A DNA stretch of 64,000 nucleotides from Candidatus Saccharimonadales bacterium (lineage in GTDB: Bacteria; Patescibacteriota; Saccharimonadia; Saccharimonadales; JACQNP01), in NCBI GenBank assembly GCA_041742395.1, contig JBGSIS010000028.1:31147-95146 (forward strand), read 5' to 3'. Made by a program: the position numbers and the translations under genes. Below, piece by piece: positions 9,816 through 18,945 of the stretch. The stretch's first letter is position 1. Every line of letters begins with the position of its first letter. The notes beneath the pieces are model-generated. The model saw nothing but the letters and a program-made list of their open reading frames with translations, was not told the origin of the DNA and made no database searches.

Positions 9816-12416
9816 CTACTTTCGCTTATTTCCAGCTTTTTTTCGTTTTCTCTCAGCTTTTCGCGCTTTTTTCTTTTTGTCTTTTTCTACTTTTTGAACT
9901 TTCTGCTCTTCTATAGCTGGGACAAAGTCTGTTTCGTGAAATTCTTCTATATCTATTATCTTATCAGCATTATCTACAGATTTTCTAGCTGCCTTAGTCA
10001 GTTCTGTCTCTATAGGCTCATCAATATTAACGGGTTCAGCATTATAAATAGCTTTAACTACTTCCTGTCTTAGGGTAGCTTGCATTCCCTCAAATAGGTG
10101 CTGAGACTGTCTTCTATATTCAACAAGTGGATCTCTTTGCCCAACAGAAATCCAGTGTATTCCTTCTCTCATATGGTCCATGTTCTCAAGATGCTGCATC
10201 CATAAATTATCCAGAACTTGCAGATAAATATCAGTTTCTATTTTCCTCATAATCTTAGGACCGAAGGCCGTCTCTCTTGCTTCATATAATTCTAAAGCTT
10301 CAACTTTTAATACTTCGCCGAATTTAGTTGCTTCGGTATCAAATAATCTATCTAGAGATTCTTCGTCAAATGGAAAAGTTTCTTTAATTACTGATTCAAA
10401 CTTGTCACTCAAAAGTAGGTTAGATTTTGCGATTACATCTGATTCTTCTTCTATGATTTTCTTAATGCGCTTACTAATGTCTCCATGAAGCAACATTTCT
10501 TTTCGCATAGCATATGTTGCCTTACGATGTCGGTTCATTACATCGTCATACTTAACAACATTCTTTCTAGTATCATAATTAAATCCTTCGACTTTCTTTT
10601 GGGCTGCTTCAAGTGATTTGGAAATCACGCGGTTTTCAATCGGAGTTTCATCGTCTACCCCAAGTCGATCCATGACAGCGTTTATTCTGTCGCCACCGAA
10701 TACTCTCATCAAATTATCTTCGGTACTTACAAAGAATTGAGAAGCACCTGGATCACCTTGACGACCAGAACGTCCTCTCAACTGATTATCAATTCTTCTT
10801 GATTCATGTCTTTCAGACCCAAGAACAAACAAACCTCCGGCTTTTCGAGCGTCATCGTCTAACATAATGTCGGTTCCTCGACCAGCAATGTTAGTAGCAA
10901 GTGTAACAGCACCTTTATTTCCGGCCTTGGTTACAATCAAAGCCTCTTTTTCGTTATTTTTTGCATTCAATATTTGATGCGGAACTTTAGATTTTTTTAG
11001 TAGCTCACTTAGTAATTCGTTCTTCTCGATAGAAACAGTTCCAATAAGCACTGGCTGACCTTTTTGATGAAGCTTCTTAACTTCTCTCACTATAGCCTTA
11101 AACTTACCGAGTTCGGTTTTATATATTCTGTCTGGTCGGTCGTCACGAATAAATGGCTTGTTTGGTGGAATCTCAATTACATCAAGTTTATAGATCTGGT
11201 GAAACTCTTCAGACTCAGTCGAAGCAGTACCTGTCATACCTCCAAGCTTTTCGTAAAGTCGGAAATAATTCTGAAAACTAATCGTTGCTAAAGTCATCGA
11301 CTCTTCTTGGACTTCAACACCCTCTTTGGCTTCAATCGCCTGATGAAGACCTTCATTATATCTTCTACCTTTAAGTAGACGTCCGGTAAATTCATCAACT
11401 ATCACTATCTCGCCATCAGCGGTCACAACATAATCTTTGTCTCGCTTAAATAAAGTCTCGGCCTTTAGCGCCTGCTCTAGGTGATAAATAGTTCTAATAT
11501 TATTATTGTCTATTCCATATAGCGTATCGACACCTAAGATTTTTTGAACATGTTCGACACCCTCATCTGTCAATATTACCGTTCGTCTTTTTTCGTCAAT
11601 TTCAAAATCTTTCTCTTTATCAAGCTGACGAGTCACCTTAGAAAATTGCATATAAGCATTGCCACTAGTTACAGATGGTGCAGAAATAATAAGAGGTGTT
11701 CTAGCTTCATCAATCAAAATTGAGTCAACCTCGTCAACAATCGCAAAGTGAAGATCTCTCTGTCTAAGTTGGTCAACTTCTCGTACCATGTTGTCTCTTA
11801 AATAGTCAAAACCAAACTCGTTATTAGTTCCGTAAGTTATGTCGGCAGCATAAGCTTCTTGCCTAGTACACGGTCTAAGCTGACTCATTCTCTTATCGTA
11901 ATGATCTTTGTTTTCAAAATTTGCATCATATATGTAAGACTGGTCAGCTACAATAACTGCAGTTGAAAGCCCTAAGAATCCGTATACTTGGCCCATCCAA
12001 CCAGCATGGAGTTGAGCTAGGTAGTCATTAACAGTAACTACATGAACACCTTTTTCGGTTAAAGCATTGAGGTAAACTGGCAAAGTAGCCACAAGCGTCT
12101 TACCTTCACCGGTTTTCATTTCGGCAACTTTTCCTTCATGAAGTGTCATACCACCAATCAACTGAACGTCGTAATGTTTTTGTTTGATTGTTCGGAATGC
12201 TGCTTCTTTTACAATTGCAAACGCATCTGGCAAAATCTTATCTAACGATTCATTCTTAAGACGTTTCTTAAGTTCTTCAGTTTGCTTTAATAGCTGCTTG
12301 TCTGATAGTTTTTCGTATTTTGGTCCAAGAGCATTTACTTCTTTTACTCTTTTCTTATATCGCTTTAACGTGCGAATTTGTGGGTCACCTAAAACCCTCT
12401 TGAAAACTTTGTTCAC
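9816..12416 (-). CDS. secA: preprotein translocase ATPase SecA
   Basis: 866 aa. MKTGEGKTL Walker A, DEVDSILIDEARTPLII, TNIAGRGTDI. GTG start after GAAGGGG. The C-terminus is a K/R-rich tail rather than a Cys-rich zinc finger. Confidence 0.97.
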   Translation of the reverse strand: MNKVFKRVLGDPQIRTLKRYKKRVKEVNALGPKYEKLSDKQLLKQTEELKKRLKNESLDKILPDAFAIVKEAAFRTIKQKHYDVQLIGGMTLHEGKVAEMKTGEGKTLVATLPVYLNALTEKGVHVVTVNDYLAQLHAGWMGQVYGFLGLSTAVIVADQSYIYDANFENKDHYDKRMSQLRPCTRQEAYAADITYGTNNEFGFDYLRDNMVREVDQLRQRDLHFAIVDEVDSILIDEARTPLIISAPSVTSGNAYMQFSKVTRQLDKEKDFEIDEKRRTVILTDEGVEHVQKILGVDTLYGIDNNNIRTIYHLEQALKAETLFKRDKDYVVTADGEIVIVDEFTGRLLKGRRYNEGLHQAIEAKEGVEVQEESMTLATISFQNYFRLYEKLGGMTGTASTESEEFHQIYKLDVIEIPPNKPFIRDDRPDRIYKTELGKFKAIVREVKKLHQKGQPVLIGTVSIEKNELLSELLKKSKVPHQILNAKNNEKEALIVTKAGNKGAVTLATNIAGRGTDIMLDDDARKAGGLFVLGSERHESRRIDNQLRGRSGRQGDPGASQFFVSTEDNLMRVFGGDRINAVMDRLGVDDETPIENRVISKSLEAAQKKVEGFNYDTRKNVVKYDDVMNRHRKATYAMRKEMLLHGDISKRIKKIIEEESDVIAKSNLLLSDKFESVIKETFPFDEESLDRLFDTEATKFGEVLKVEALELYEARETAFGPKIMRKIETDIYLQVLDNLWMQHLENMDHMREGIHWISVGQRDPLVEYRRQSQHLFEGMQATLRQEVVKAIYNAEPVNIDEPIETELTKAARKSVDNADKIIDIEEFHETDFVPAIEEQKVQKVEKDKKKKARKAERKRKKAGNKRK

Positions 12417-12509
12417 TTATAATTCCCCTTCTGATTTGACTGTATGAAAATAATATTACTATTGTACATCAATAATAAATATTAAGGCAGGGTAATTTTA
12501 CCAACGTTT

Positions 12510-12869
12510 TTATACTTTATTCTTAATCTTTAAAAGTACTTTACGGTGGATACCTTTTGTACCATGAGTTTCCGAATATTTCTTAATCTGATTCTTTAAC
12601 TTAGCTTCTACAATATCAACTGCGGCATACATATTGATAGTGGTTTCTTTTGCTGTTAAAGTTTCGTTCGGAAGATACAATACTACTTCACAGGTTCGCT
12701 TTTTATTTGACTTTTCTTTAGCCTCTTTTAAGAATATTTCAGCATGCGCACTCTCTCTTGCACTCCTTGGAGCGTACTTATCTAGTTTTCCAATTTTGCT
12801 GGTAGCGTACTTTTTAAGATCAGCATCTATTTCGTAGTGTACTCCCTTAATTTCTAATTTTTTAATCAT
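12510..12869 (-). CDS. hpf: ribosome hibernation promoting factor (short HPF/RaiA type)
   Basis: 119 aa. S30AE-family pattern (EIKGVHYEIDADLKKY...MYAAVDIVEAKLKNQIKK). Conserved hpf-secA-prfB order. Confidence 0.85.
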   Translation of the reverse strand: MIKKLEIKGVHYEIDADLKKYATSKIGKLDKYAPRSARESAHAEIFLKEAKEKSNKKRTCEVVLYLPNETLTAKETTINMYAAVDIVEAKLKNQIKKYSETHGTKGIHRKVLLKIKNKV

Positions 12870-14164
12870 ATTATTTCCTTTCCGCCCATAAAGGGTATTA
12901 AAACTTCCGGCACAACAACATCTCCGTCGGCAGTCTGATAATTTTCCAAGATGGCAATCAGAGGACGCTGAGATAATGCCGTTGCATCGTTTGTGTGAGC
13001 CAGCTCCAAAGAGCCATCTTGTTTTCTAACACGAGTGTTCATTCGCCTAGTCTGATAATCAGTTATCAAATCAGCTGTATGTGTTTCTCTATACTTCCCT
13101 TGTCCAGGTAGCCAAACGTCAATATCGACACCACTTGCATTTGGTCCGCCAATATCAGCAGTACATTTTTTTACAACCCTATAAGGTAAGCCTAACTCTT
13201 TCATTATACTTTCTTGAACAGCAATCATTAAAAGATGTTCATCATAAGAAGTTTCGGAGTTAGTAAAACTCTCCATTTCCATCTTGTTAAATTGATGCAT
13301 TCTCAAGAAGCCTTCCATGTCTTTGCCGTACGTTCCAGCTTCTCGCCTAAACGCTGTTGTGTAGCCAACATATCTTATAGGTAACTGGCTTTCATTAATA
13401 ATTTCGTTTAGATAAATTGGAGCCATCACATGCTCAGCGCTAGCATTAAGCCATAAATCATCGTCGGCAAGTTTATAGGTCTGTTCTTCTTTATTTAATC
13501 TTCCTGTCGCTTCATAAACTTCGGTTTTAGCAACAGCTGGAGGTTGAACAGGAATAAAAGGCTTGTCATCAAGATCAAGATTATTGTCTTTTATAAGTTT
13601 GCTTATGAATTTTCTATCAGTTAATTTAGACAGTACAAACATATTCATTGCCCAATCAAGCATGACTAAATCTCCCATAAGATATGCAAACCTTGAACCA
13701 GCTACTTTTGCCGCACGTTCTTTATCTAGCCAGCCCTTAGCCTCTGCAATTTCTGCATGATTTTTTGGTTCAAAATCAAACTTAGTAGGTTCGCCTACAA
13801 TTTTAGCAACTACGTTATCATCTTCACTTGAGCCGACAGGTACATCATCTAGTGACATATTAGGAACTTGTTTATATAAACCGAGCCATTTAAGATCAAT
13901 ATCATTAAACTCCGGTTCTTTCTGAGAAAGGAGCTGCTTGATTTCCACACCTCGTTTTATCTGTTCTTCAGTTGGTTTTCCGGATTTCTTAATATCATCA
14001 GTGTTCTTGTTTCGACTTTCTCTTATAGTGTCAATTTCAGACTGCAATTTGCGACGCCTAGAATCTAATTCTATCAACGCATCAATATCAACTTTATACC
14101 CTTTTTGCTCAGATTTTTGTTTTACCAAGTCTGGATTATCTCTAATGTACTGAATATCTATCAT
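12866..14164 (-). CDS. serS: seryl-tRNA synthetase
   Basis: 432 aa. N-terminal coiled-coil arm and class II motifs (FRREAG, MHQFNKMEME, GQGKYRETHT...). Confidence 0.95.
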   Translation of the reverse strand: MIDIQYIRDNPDLVKQKSEQKGYKVDIDALIELDSRRRKLQSEIDTIRESRNKNTDDIKKSGKPTEEQIKRGVEIKQLLSQKEPEFNDIDLKWLGLYKQVPNMSLDDVPVGSSEDDNVVAKIVGEPTKFDFEPKNHAEIAEAKGWLDKERAAKVAGSRFAYLMGDLVMLDWAMNMFVLSKLTDRKFISKLIKDNNLDLDDKPFIPVQPPAVAKTEVYEATGRLNKEEQTYKLADDDLWLNASAEHVMAPIYLNEIINESQLPIRYVGYTTAFRREAGTYGKDMEGFLRMHQFNKMEMESFTNSETSYDEHLLMIAVQESIMKELGLPYRVVKKCTADIGGPNASGVDIDVWLPGQGKYRETHTADLITDYQTRRMNTRVRKQDGSLELAHTNDATALSQRPLIAILENYQTADGDVVVPEVLIPFMGGKEII

Positions 14165-14192
14165 ACTTATATTATACTCCAGTGTTACATAG

Positions 14193-15194
14193 TTATAGGT
14201 TAAAAATTATCAAAAAAATAAAAAGCAAAGAAAATTCAACAAATATGAAGATACCAATTAATACTAGCGCTATTTGATTAATTGTACTATTAACCATTAT
14301 TTTTGTGTCTTGATTGGCATTTTCGGATTGTAAAAATTTATTTCTCATCGATGTATTCTCATCATCAAATAATGATACAAAGTTTATTGTTTTGTCTTTA
14401 TGAGAAATTTCTGTCGAAATTTTATTAACAAAATTAATTGATTTCTCAATTGACCTTTTGTTAATATACTCATCTTTAAATGCAAAATATATACAATTTT
14501 GAACAATCTCAATGATTAAATCGTCTTTAAACTCACTTATACACAAAAGTATATCTGGGCTTAAAACACTCAACGTTTCGATTTGCTGTTCTTTTTGATA
14601 AAATATGTCGAATAGATCGCTGAATCCTCCTTCGGCCCTATAGCTCTCTGTTGTATTGCCCATATCTAAACTCGTGACATTATTTTTTGAGATAACTATT
14701 AAATGAGGAAACTTCCTGTTTAAGAATAACTTGAAAATTATCATTTTATTTATGTATTTGTCTTTAGAATGCCCCTCTTGAGTCCTGTAAACTGAAAAAT
14801 ACATTGGCTTGGAATCTAATTTTATATTTAACACTGAAGTAATCAACATTCCTCCTGGCTGATATACTGCTGGCGGTACATAACTGTAGATATTTTCGTT
14901 TTTAACCTCTAAGTTATTTACAACTTCAAACTTTTTCCATGCATTTCTAAAATCTTTTTCTTCTGTCATATTTCTAAAAATAAATATGAATATAACTATA
15001 GGTACAAATAAAATCATTCCTACAGTAATGGAAATAAATGGCGCATATAAATAAAATCCAACGATACCAGATAATAAAACTAAAATTATATAAACAGTAA
15101 AAAACCGATTAACTACTCTTGATCTATTTGAAATCTTATCCAGATTATCTAAAGATTCAAAATTTATATCTTCTAAATGTTTATTTGTTTCCAC
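14193..15194 (-). CDS. hypothetical membrane protein (2 N-terminal TM + 1 C-terminal TM)
   Basis: 333 aa. By eye this is the most AT-rich stretch in the window. Hydrophobic segments FTVYIILVLLSGIVGFYLY, ITVGMILFVPIVIFIFIF and ALVLIGIFIFVEFSLLFIFLIIF. Overlaps the upstream nuclease gene by 14 nt. No motif recognised. Confidence 0.5.
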   Translation of the reverse strand: METNKHLEDINFESLDNLDKISNRSRVVNRFFTVYIILVLLSGIVGFYLYAPFISITVGMILFVPIVIFIFIFRNMTEEKDFRNAWKKFEVVNNLEVKNENIYSYVPPAVYQPGGMLITSVLNIKLDSKPMYFSVYRTQEGHSKDKYINKMIIFKLFLNRKFPHLIVISKNNVTSLDMGNTTESYRAEGGFSDLFDIFYQKEQQIETLSVLSPDILLCISEFKDDLIIEIVQNCIYFAFKDEYINKRSIEKSINFVNKISTEISHKDKTINFVSLFDDENTSMRNKFLQSENANQDTKIMVNSTINQIALVLIGIFIFVEFSLLFIFLIIFNL

Positions 15195-15981
15195 TTTTCA
15201 TCTCACTTATATGTTTAAGTGTTAATTCAGTTCTCTGTTTAGCGTACATACAGAATTCACAGTCACCACCCATAACAGCTAAACCAACTGGAGGCATAGT
15301 ATCACTTTCCATGCACTTCTTCATTTCATTTACTATTCTCTCAATCCAACTATCATCACCGACGTATTCTATAACTTTTGTCACAAACTCCACTCGATCA
15401 TTGAACCCATCCAAATCCATTCGTCCATTGGCGTATACAAAGTAACCTGTATTACTAACTTCAAATCCGTTCTGTCTAAGTAGCCACTGATAAATTTCCA
15501 TTTGCCTTTTATATCCAATTTGCCAATCTGCATCTAGAGTTATCTCGCTATTTTTTGCTGTTGCCTTATAGTCCACAACTATCAGTTGGCCATCTTCGTT
15601 TACCCAAACATCATCAACTGCCCCAAAAATATGAAGATTTGTTCCTTTATGCTCATAAGTAACACCAGTAAAGTTATGTCGCCATTTATCTAAATCTTTA
15701 TGCTGATATGGTAATGCCTTAATTTGGTTATCAAGCATTAATGGATGAGGTTGCTTCTTCTCACGATAGGTATCAAACTCTTTCTTAAGTAACTCATCTA
15801 TAGCTTTATTTATTTGAAATGGTGGACCACTTGGTCTTTTTATCTTAAGTCTTACATCTAACCAAAAACATCGCTGACACTGCATATAAAGTTCAATCTT
15901 GCTTCTGCTTACTTTGAATACTTCCTTTTGTCCAGGTTTGTAAGGTTTATTTCTTGTTACCCAATAATTTTGTGCCATCAA
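15181..15981 (-). CDS. PD-(D/E)XK nuclease, Cas4/RecB-like with four cysteines
   Basis: 266 aa. N-terminal SRSKIELYMQCQRCFW, catalytic GAVDD...VVDYK, QxxxY (QMEIYQWLL), C-terminal CEFC. Confidence 0.7.
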   Translation of the reverse strand: MMAQNYWVTRNKPYKPGQKEVFKVSRSKIELYMQCQRCFWLDVRLKIKRPSGPPFQINKAIDELLKKEFDTYREKKQPHPLMLDNQIKALPYQHKDLDKWRHNFTGVTYEHKGTNLHIFGAVDDVWVNEDGQLIVVDYKATAKNSEITLDADWQIGYKRQMEIYQWLLRQNGFEVSNTGYFVYANGRMDLDGFNDRVEFVTKVIEYVGDDSWIERIVNEMKKCMESDTMPPVGLAVMGGDCEFCMYAKQRTELTLKHISEMKSGNK

Positions 15982-15982
15982 T

Positions 15983-16678
15983 CTATTTTATCAATTTACT
16001 GACAGCTATGATAGCTGCTGTTTCGGCCCTTAGAGTAAAATTGCCAATATTAATATTTGCTATGCTTTTATCTTCAAATATCTGTCTTTCAGAATCCGAC
16101 CAACCACCTTCTGGACCTATCAAAACTCCAACAATTTTATTTTCTACTTCTTGTCTCTCACCTTCTTCGTCTGCAACTAATAGAGTTATCTTACCGCTAT
16201 ATTCATCGATAGCTTTTACCAGATTCAATGGCTCTCGAATATATGGCACATCACTTCGCCCAGACTGTTCAGCAGCCTCAATTGAAATTTTACGCCAACG
16301 TTCAATTCTACCTGATGAAACATCAGTCCTGTCACAACGTTCGGAAATTATTGGTACAAAATTACTGACGCCGAGCTCTGTTCCTTTTTGAATAATCCAG
16401 TCGTTTTTATCTTTTTTAAGTAAAGACCATAGTAAATATATTTCAGTTTCGGGAAGTTTCCTGTTCAAGTCTGTGGTCATTTTTAAGTGAGCCTCTTGAG
16501 CAGTTATTTCAGTAATTTCGTATAGTCTATCTGTTCTCTCTCCATCAAATAAAACTATTTTTTGACCTGAGCGGAAACGTAAAACCTTATTCCACTGTAA
16601 AAGTAGTTCTTCATCGTGCAACCAAAAATCGTGCTTTAAATCAATTCTATCGCCAACATAAAATCTATGTATTTTCAT
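15983..16678 (-). CDS. rsmE: 16S rRNA (uracil1498-N3)-methyltransferase RsmE
   Basis: 231 aa. PUA-like N-terminus (HRFYV) and SPOUT C-terminus (LIGPEGGWSDSE...LRAETAAI). Confidence 0.85.
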   Translation of the reverse strand: MKIHRFYVGDRIDLKHDFWLHDEELLLQWNKVLRFRSGQKIVLFDGERTDRLYEITEITAQEAHLKMTTDLNRKLPETEIYLLWSLLKKDKNDWIIQKGTELGVSNFVPIISERCDRTDVSSGRIERWRKISIEAAEQSGRSDVPYIREPLNLVKAIDEYSGKITLLVADEEGERQEVENKIVGVLIGPEGGWSDSERQIFEDKSIANINIGNFTLRAETAAIIAVSKLIK

Positions 16679-17913
16679 TTTAATATCATAACAGCTAAGG
16701 ACTCAATGTGAGGAGTTTTTGGAAAAAAGTTAAACCCCTTAAGAATTTTAACATCGTAACTATCTTCTAATAGCTTAATATCTCTAGCTTGAGTCACGGG
16801 ATTACAGCTTAAATATACTATTTTTGATGGTTTAACTTCCAATATCTTTTCAATTACATTTTTATGTAAACCAGCTCTTGGTGGGTCTACAATTAGAACG
16901 TCTTTACTTGTAATTAAGTCGACGGCTTTCTCGCTACTAGATAATAATACTTTGGATGATTTATCTACATTTCTAACTGCATATTCATGGTTAGATTCAT
17001 CGATATCTACAAATACTTTGGTTTCTCCAATTGGAACACCAATCGAACCAACTCCGCAGTAAAAATCTATTTTAGTTTCACCCTGGGTCTCTTCTTTTAT
17101 CTCACTTAATACTTTTTCAAAGACATCTAAGTTAACTTGAAAGAATGAGTAGACATCATAATTTAGCTCTGATTCGAGTAGTTTATCGCTTAGTGATATG
17201 TCTCCAAAAGTATAAAGGACCTCTGTTTTAACGCTAGCTGGACTTTTAGGATTGGAGTAGCAAACTTCTATTCCTTTAAAAGCTCCGTCTAACTCACCTA
17301 TTTTTTTAAATTCTTTATTTTTTACAAATAAAGCTATGGCGACTTCACCCTGTCGGTTGCAACGAACTATACAGGTCTTTAAATCAGAGCCCCTTACTTT
17401 GTTGTTGTTTAGGATCGATACCAATTTATTAGCTGCTGCATCTATTTCTTTTCTAGCGATTGAACTTCCACTTACTACAATCTTTCGATGAGTTCCCCTG
17501 TGATAAAGAGCTAGCGATAACCCATCGTCATCAGCCCAAAATGAGTACTCCATTTTGTTTCGGTAATTCCATTCGCTAACTTGGTCGTCGAATTGTACTT
17601 TTTGAACATGGACTTTTTCTCTTTCAAATGTCTCTTCGAGTATTAACTTTTTATAGTCGTTTTCTGATTCAATATCCATAATCTGCCAGGGGCTTGTACT
17701 CATATATGAATCGTCTTTTGGCTGTCGCCTAGAAATAGAAGGCTCAATAATTTCTTCGGCAAATCCCTCAGAATAATCTTTTCTTTTCTTACTAATCTTT
17801 AACTTTACTTTTTCACCCGGTAAACTATTCCAGACAAAAACTACACTTCCATAGGATAATCGGGCTAAACCCTGGCCGCCAAAAACTAACTTCTCAATTT
17901 CTACCGTTTCCAT
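16675..17913 (-). CDS. RNA (uracil-5)-methyltransferase, RlmD/RumA/TrmA family
   Basis: 412 aa. TRAM-like N-terminus, FFQVN, SAM pocket DFYCGVGSIG, DPPRAGL, catalytic YLSCNP. Confidence 0.8.
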   Translation of the reverse strand: METVEIEKLVFGGQGLARLSYGSVVFVWNSLPGEKVKLKISKKRKDYSEGFAEEIIEPSISRRQPKDDSYMSTSPWQIMDIESENDYKKLILEETFEREKVHVQKVQFDDQVSEWNYRNKMEYSFWADDDGLSLALYHRGTHRKIVVSGSSIARKEIDAAANKLVSILNNNKVRGSDLKTCIVRCNRQGEVAIALFVKNKEFKKIGELDGAFKGIEVCYSNPKSPASVKTEVLYTFGDISLSDKLLESELNYDVYSFFQVNLDVFEKVLSEIKEETQGETKIDFYCGVGSIGVPIGETKVFVDIDESNHEYAVRNVDKSSKVLLSSSEKAVDLITSKDVLIVDPPRAGLHKNVIEKILEVKPSKIVYLSCNPVTQARDIKLLEDSYDVKILKGFNFFPKTPHIESLAVMILK

Positions 17914-17916
17914 TAT

Positions 17917-18867
17917 TTATTTAGCAAGAAAGCCGACAATCAGAACAACTGCGAATAGAGTCCTTAGCACTAAGCTATTAACAGCATACTTCTTTTCTAC
18001 TTGCTCATAGTCAGACAAGTTTCCCTTTTTCTTAAGAGATGCTAATTGTAGTTTGCCTAATAGTCCTGCACCTGCAAGCATCACTACATATAGAACATAT
18101 ACATACCAAGGACTTCTTAACTCACCGAATACGTAGGTGAAAACTGCATATGAAAGAATAACTAGCCAAGGTAGTAGTCCTGAAAGCATTCCTAAATAAT
18201 ATTCTCTTATTGCGGGAGTTCCCTCTTTAACTGTCCTCTTTTCAGCAAACCATCCTGCAAGCATAGTAATCACCATAAGACCGCCAATTAATTTCAAAGT
18301 TCCTAAATCTAAAACTCCACTTAATATCGCAATTGTTTCGATCATAATCGCCCCGACAATTGCCATATCAATCCAGCGAGTAGTCATAATTCTATCTTTT
18401 AATTGTTTTGTATGACTTAATTTTAATCTTGTCAAATATAAGACTGGAACGATTACAGAAATCAAAGCAACAGCCATTACTAACCACTTTGCTTCTATGT
18501 CTACAATACCTTGTGTTGCTGGTGCAAATTGCGTACCGTTCACGCTTTTAAGCTCATCCTTACCCCAGTAACCAACACTTATCTGGAAACTCAAGCTATT
18601 CATTAGGAAAAATGCCGCAGCGGCAAGAGCCAAGTAAACAGCTATGCTGCCTGCATAAATTCTCTGTAATGGTGACATCTTTGCAAAAGCGGTCTTCTTT
18701 TCTTCCTTTTTAACGCTTTCGACTTTTACTGATTTTACTGCTGGTTTTTTAGTAACTTTAGTACTCGTACTTTTCTTAGAAGTTTTTGCACTTTTTGCTT
18801 TAGTTACTGCCTGTGATTTATTTGTTGTTTTAGTTTTTGCCTTGGTTGATTTAGTAGATTTAGCCAT
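17917..18867 (-). CDS. heliorhodopsin-like 7-TM protein with Lys-rich N-terminal tail; predicted Schiff-base Lys replaced by Arg
   Basis: 316 aa. About 60 aa of K/T/S/A-rich tail, then 7 hydrophobic helices. Blocks RWIDMAIVG, AGWFAEKRT, GMLSGLLPWLVILSY and EKKYAVNSLVLRTLFA match my recollection of heliorhodopsin 48C12 (RWVEYSLSS, FGWLQEKYT, GCIAGIVPWIGLLIY, ERAYIVLSLVAKSALAW). Confidence 0.6.
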   Translation of the reverse strand: MAKSTKSTKAKTKTTNKSQAVTKAKSAKTSKKSTSTKVTKKPAVKSVKVESVKKEEKKTAFAKMSPLQRIYAGSIAVYLALAAAAFFLMNSLSFQISVGYWGKDELKSVNGTQFAPATQGIVDIEAKWLVMAVALISVIVPVLYLTRLKLSHTKQLKDRIMTTRWIDMAIVGAIMIETIAILSGVLDLGTLKLIGGLMVITMLAGWFAEKRTVKEGTPAIREYYLGMLSGLLPWLVILSYAVFTYVFGELRSPWYVYVLYVVMLAGAGLLGKLQLASLKKKGNLSDYEQVEKKYAVNSLVLRTLFAVVLIVGFLAK

Positions 18868-18873
18868 GAAAGA

Positions 18874-18882
18874 ACTATAGCA
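18874..18882 (-). promoter_or_regulatory. extended -10 element (TGcTATAGT), 6 nt upstream of the heliorhodopsin-like ATG
   Basis: Minus strand reads TGCTATAGT-tctttc-ATG, which puts the expected transcription start at the A of the ATG. No Shine-Dalgarno sequence. Confidence 0.3.
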
Positions 18883-18945
18883 TACTTCCGAATAAAGGAT
18901 TGCAGTTTTATTGTCTACGATATTTCTTTTTAAATATACTTGATA

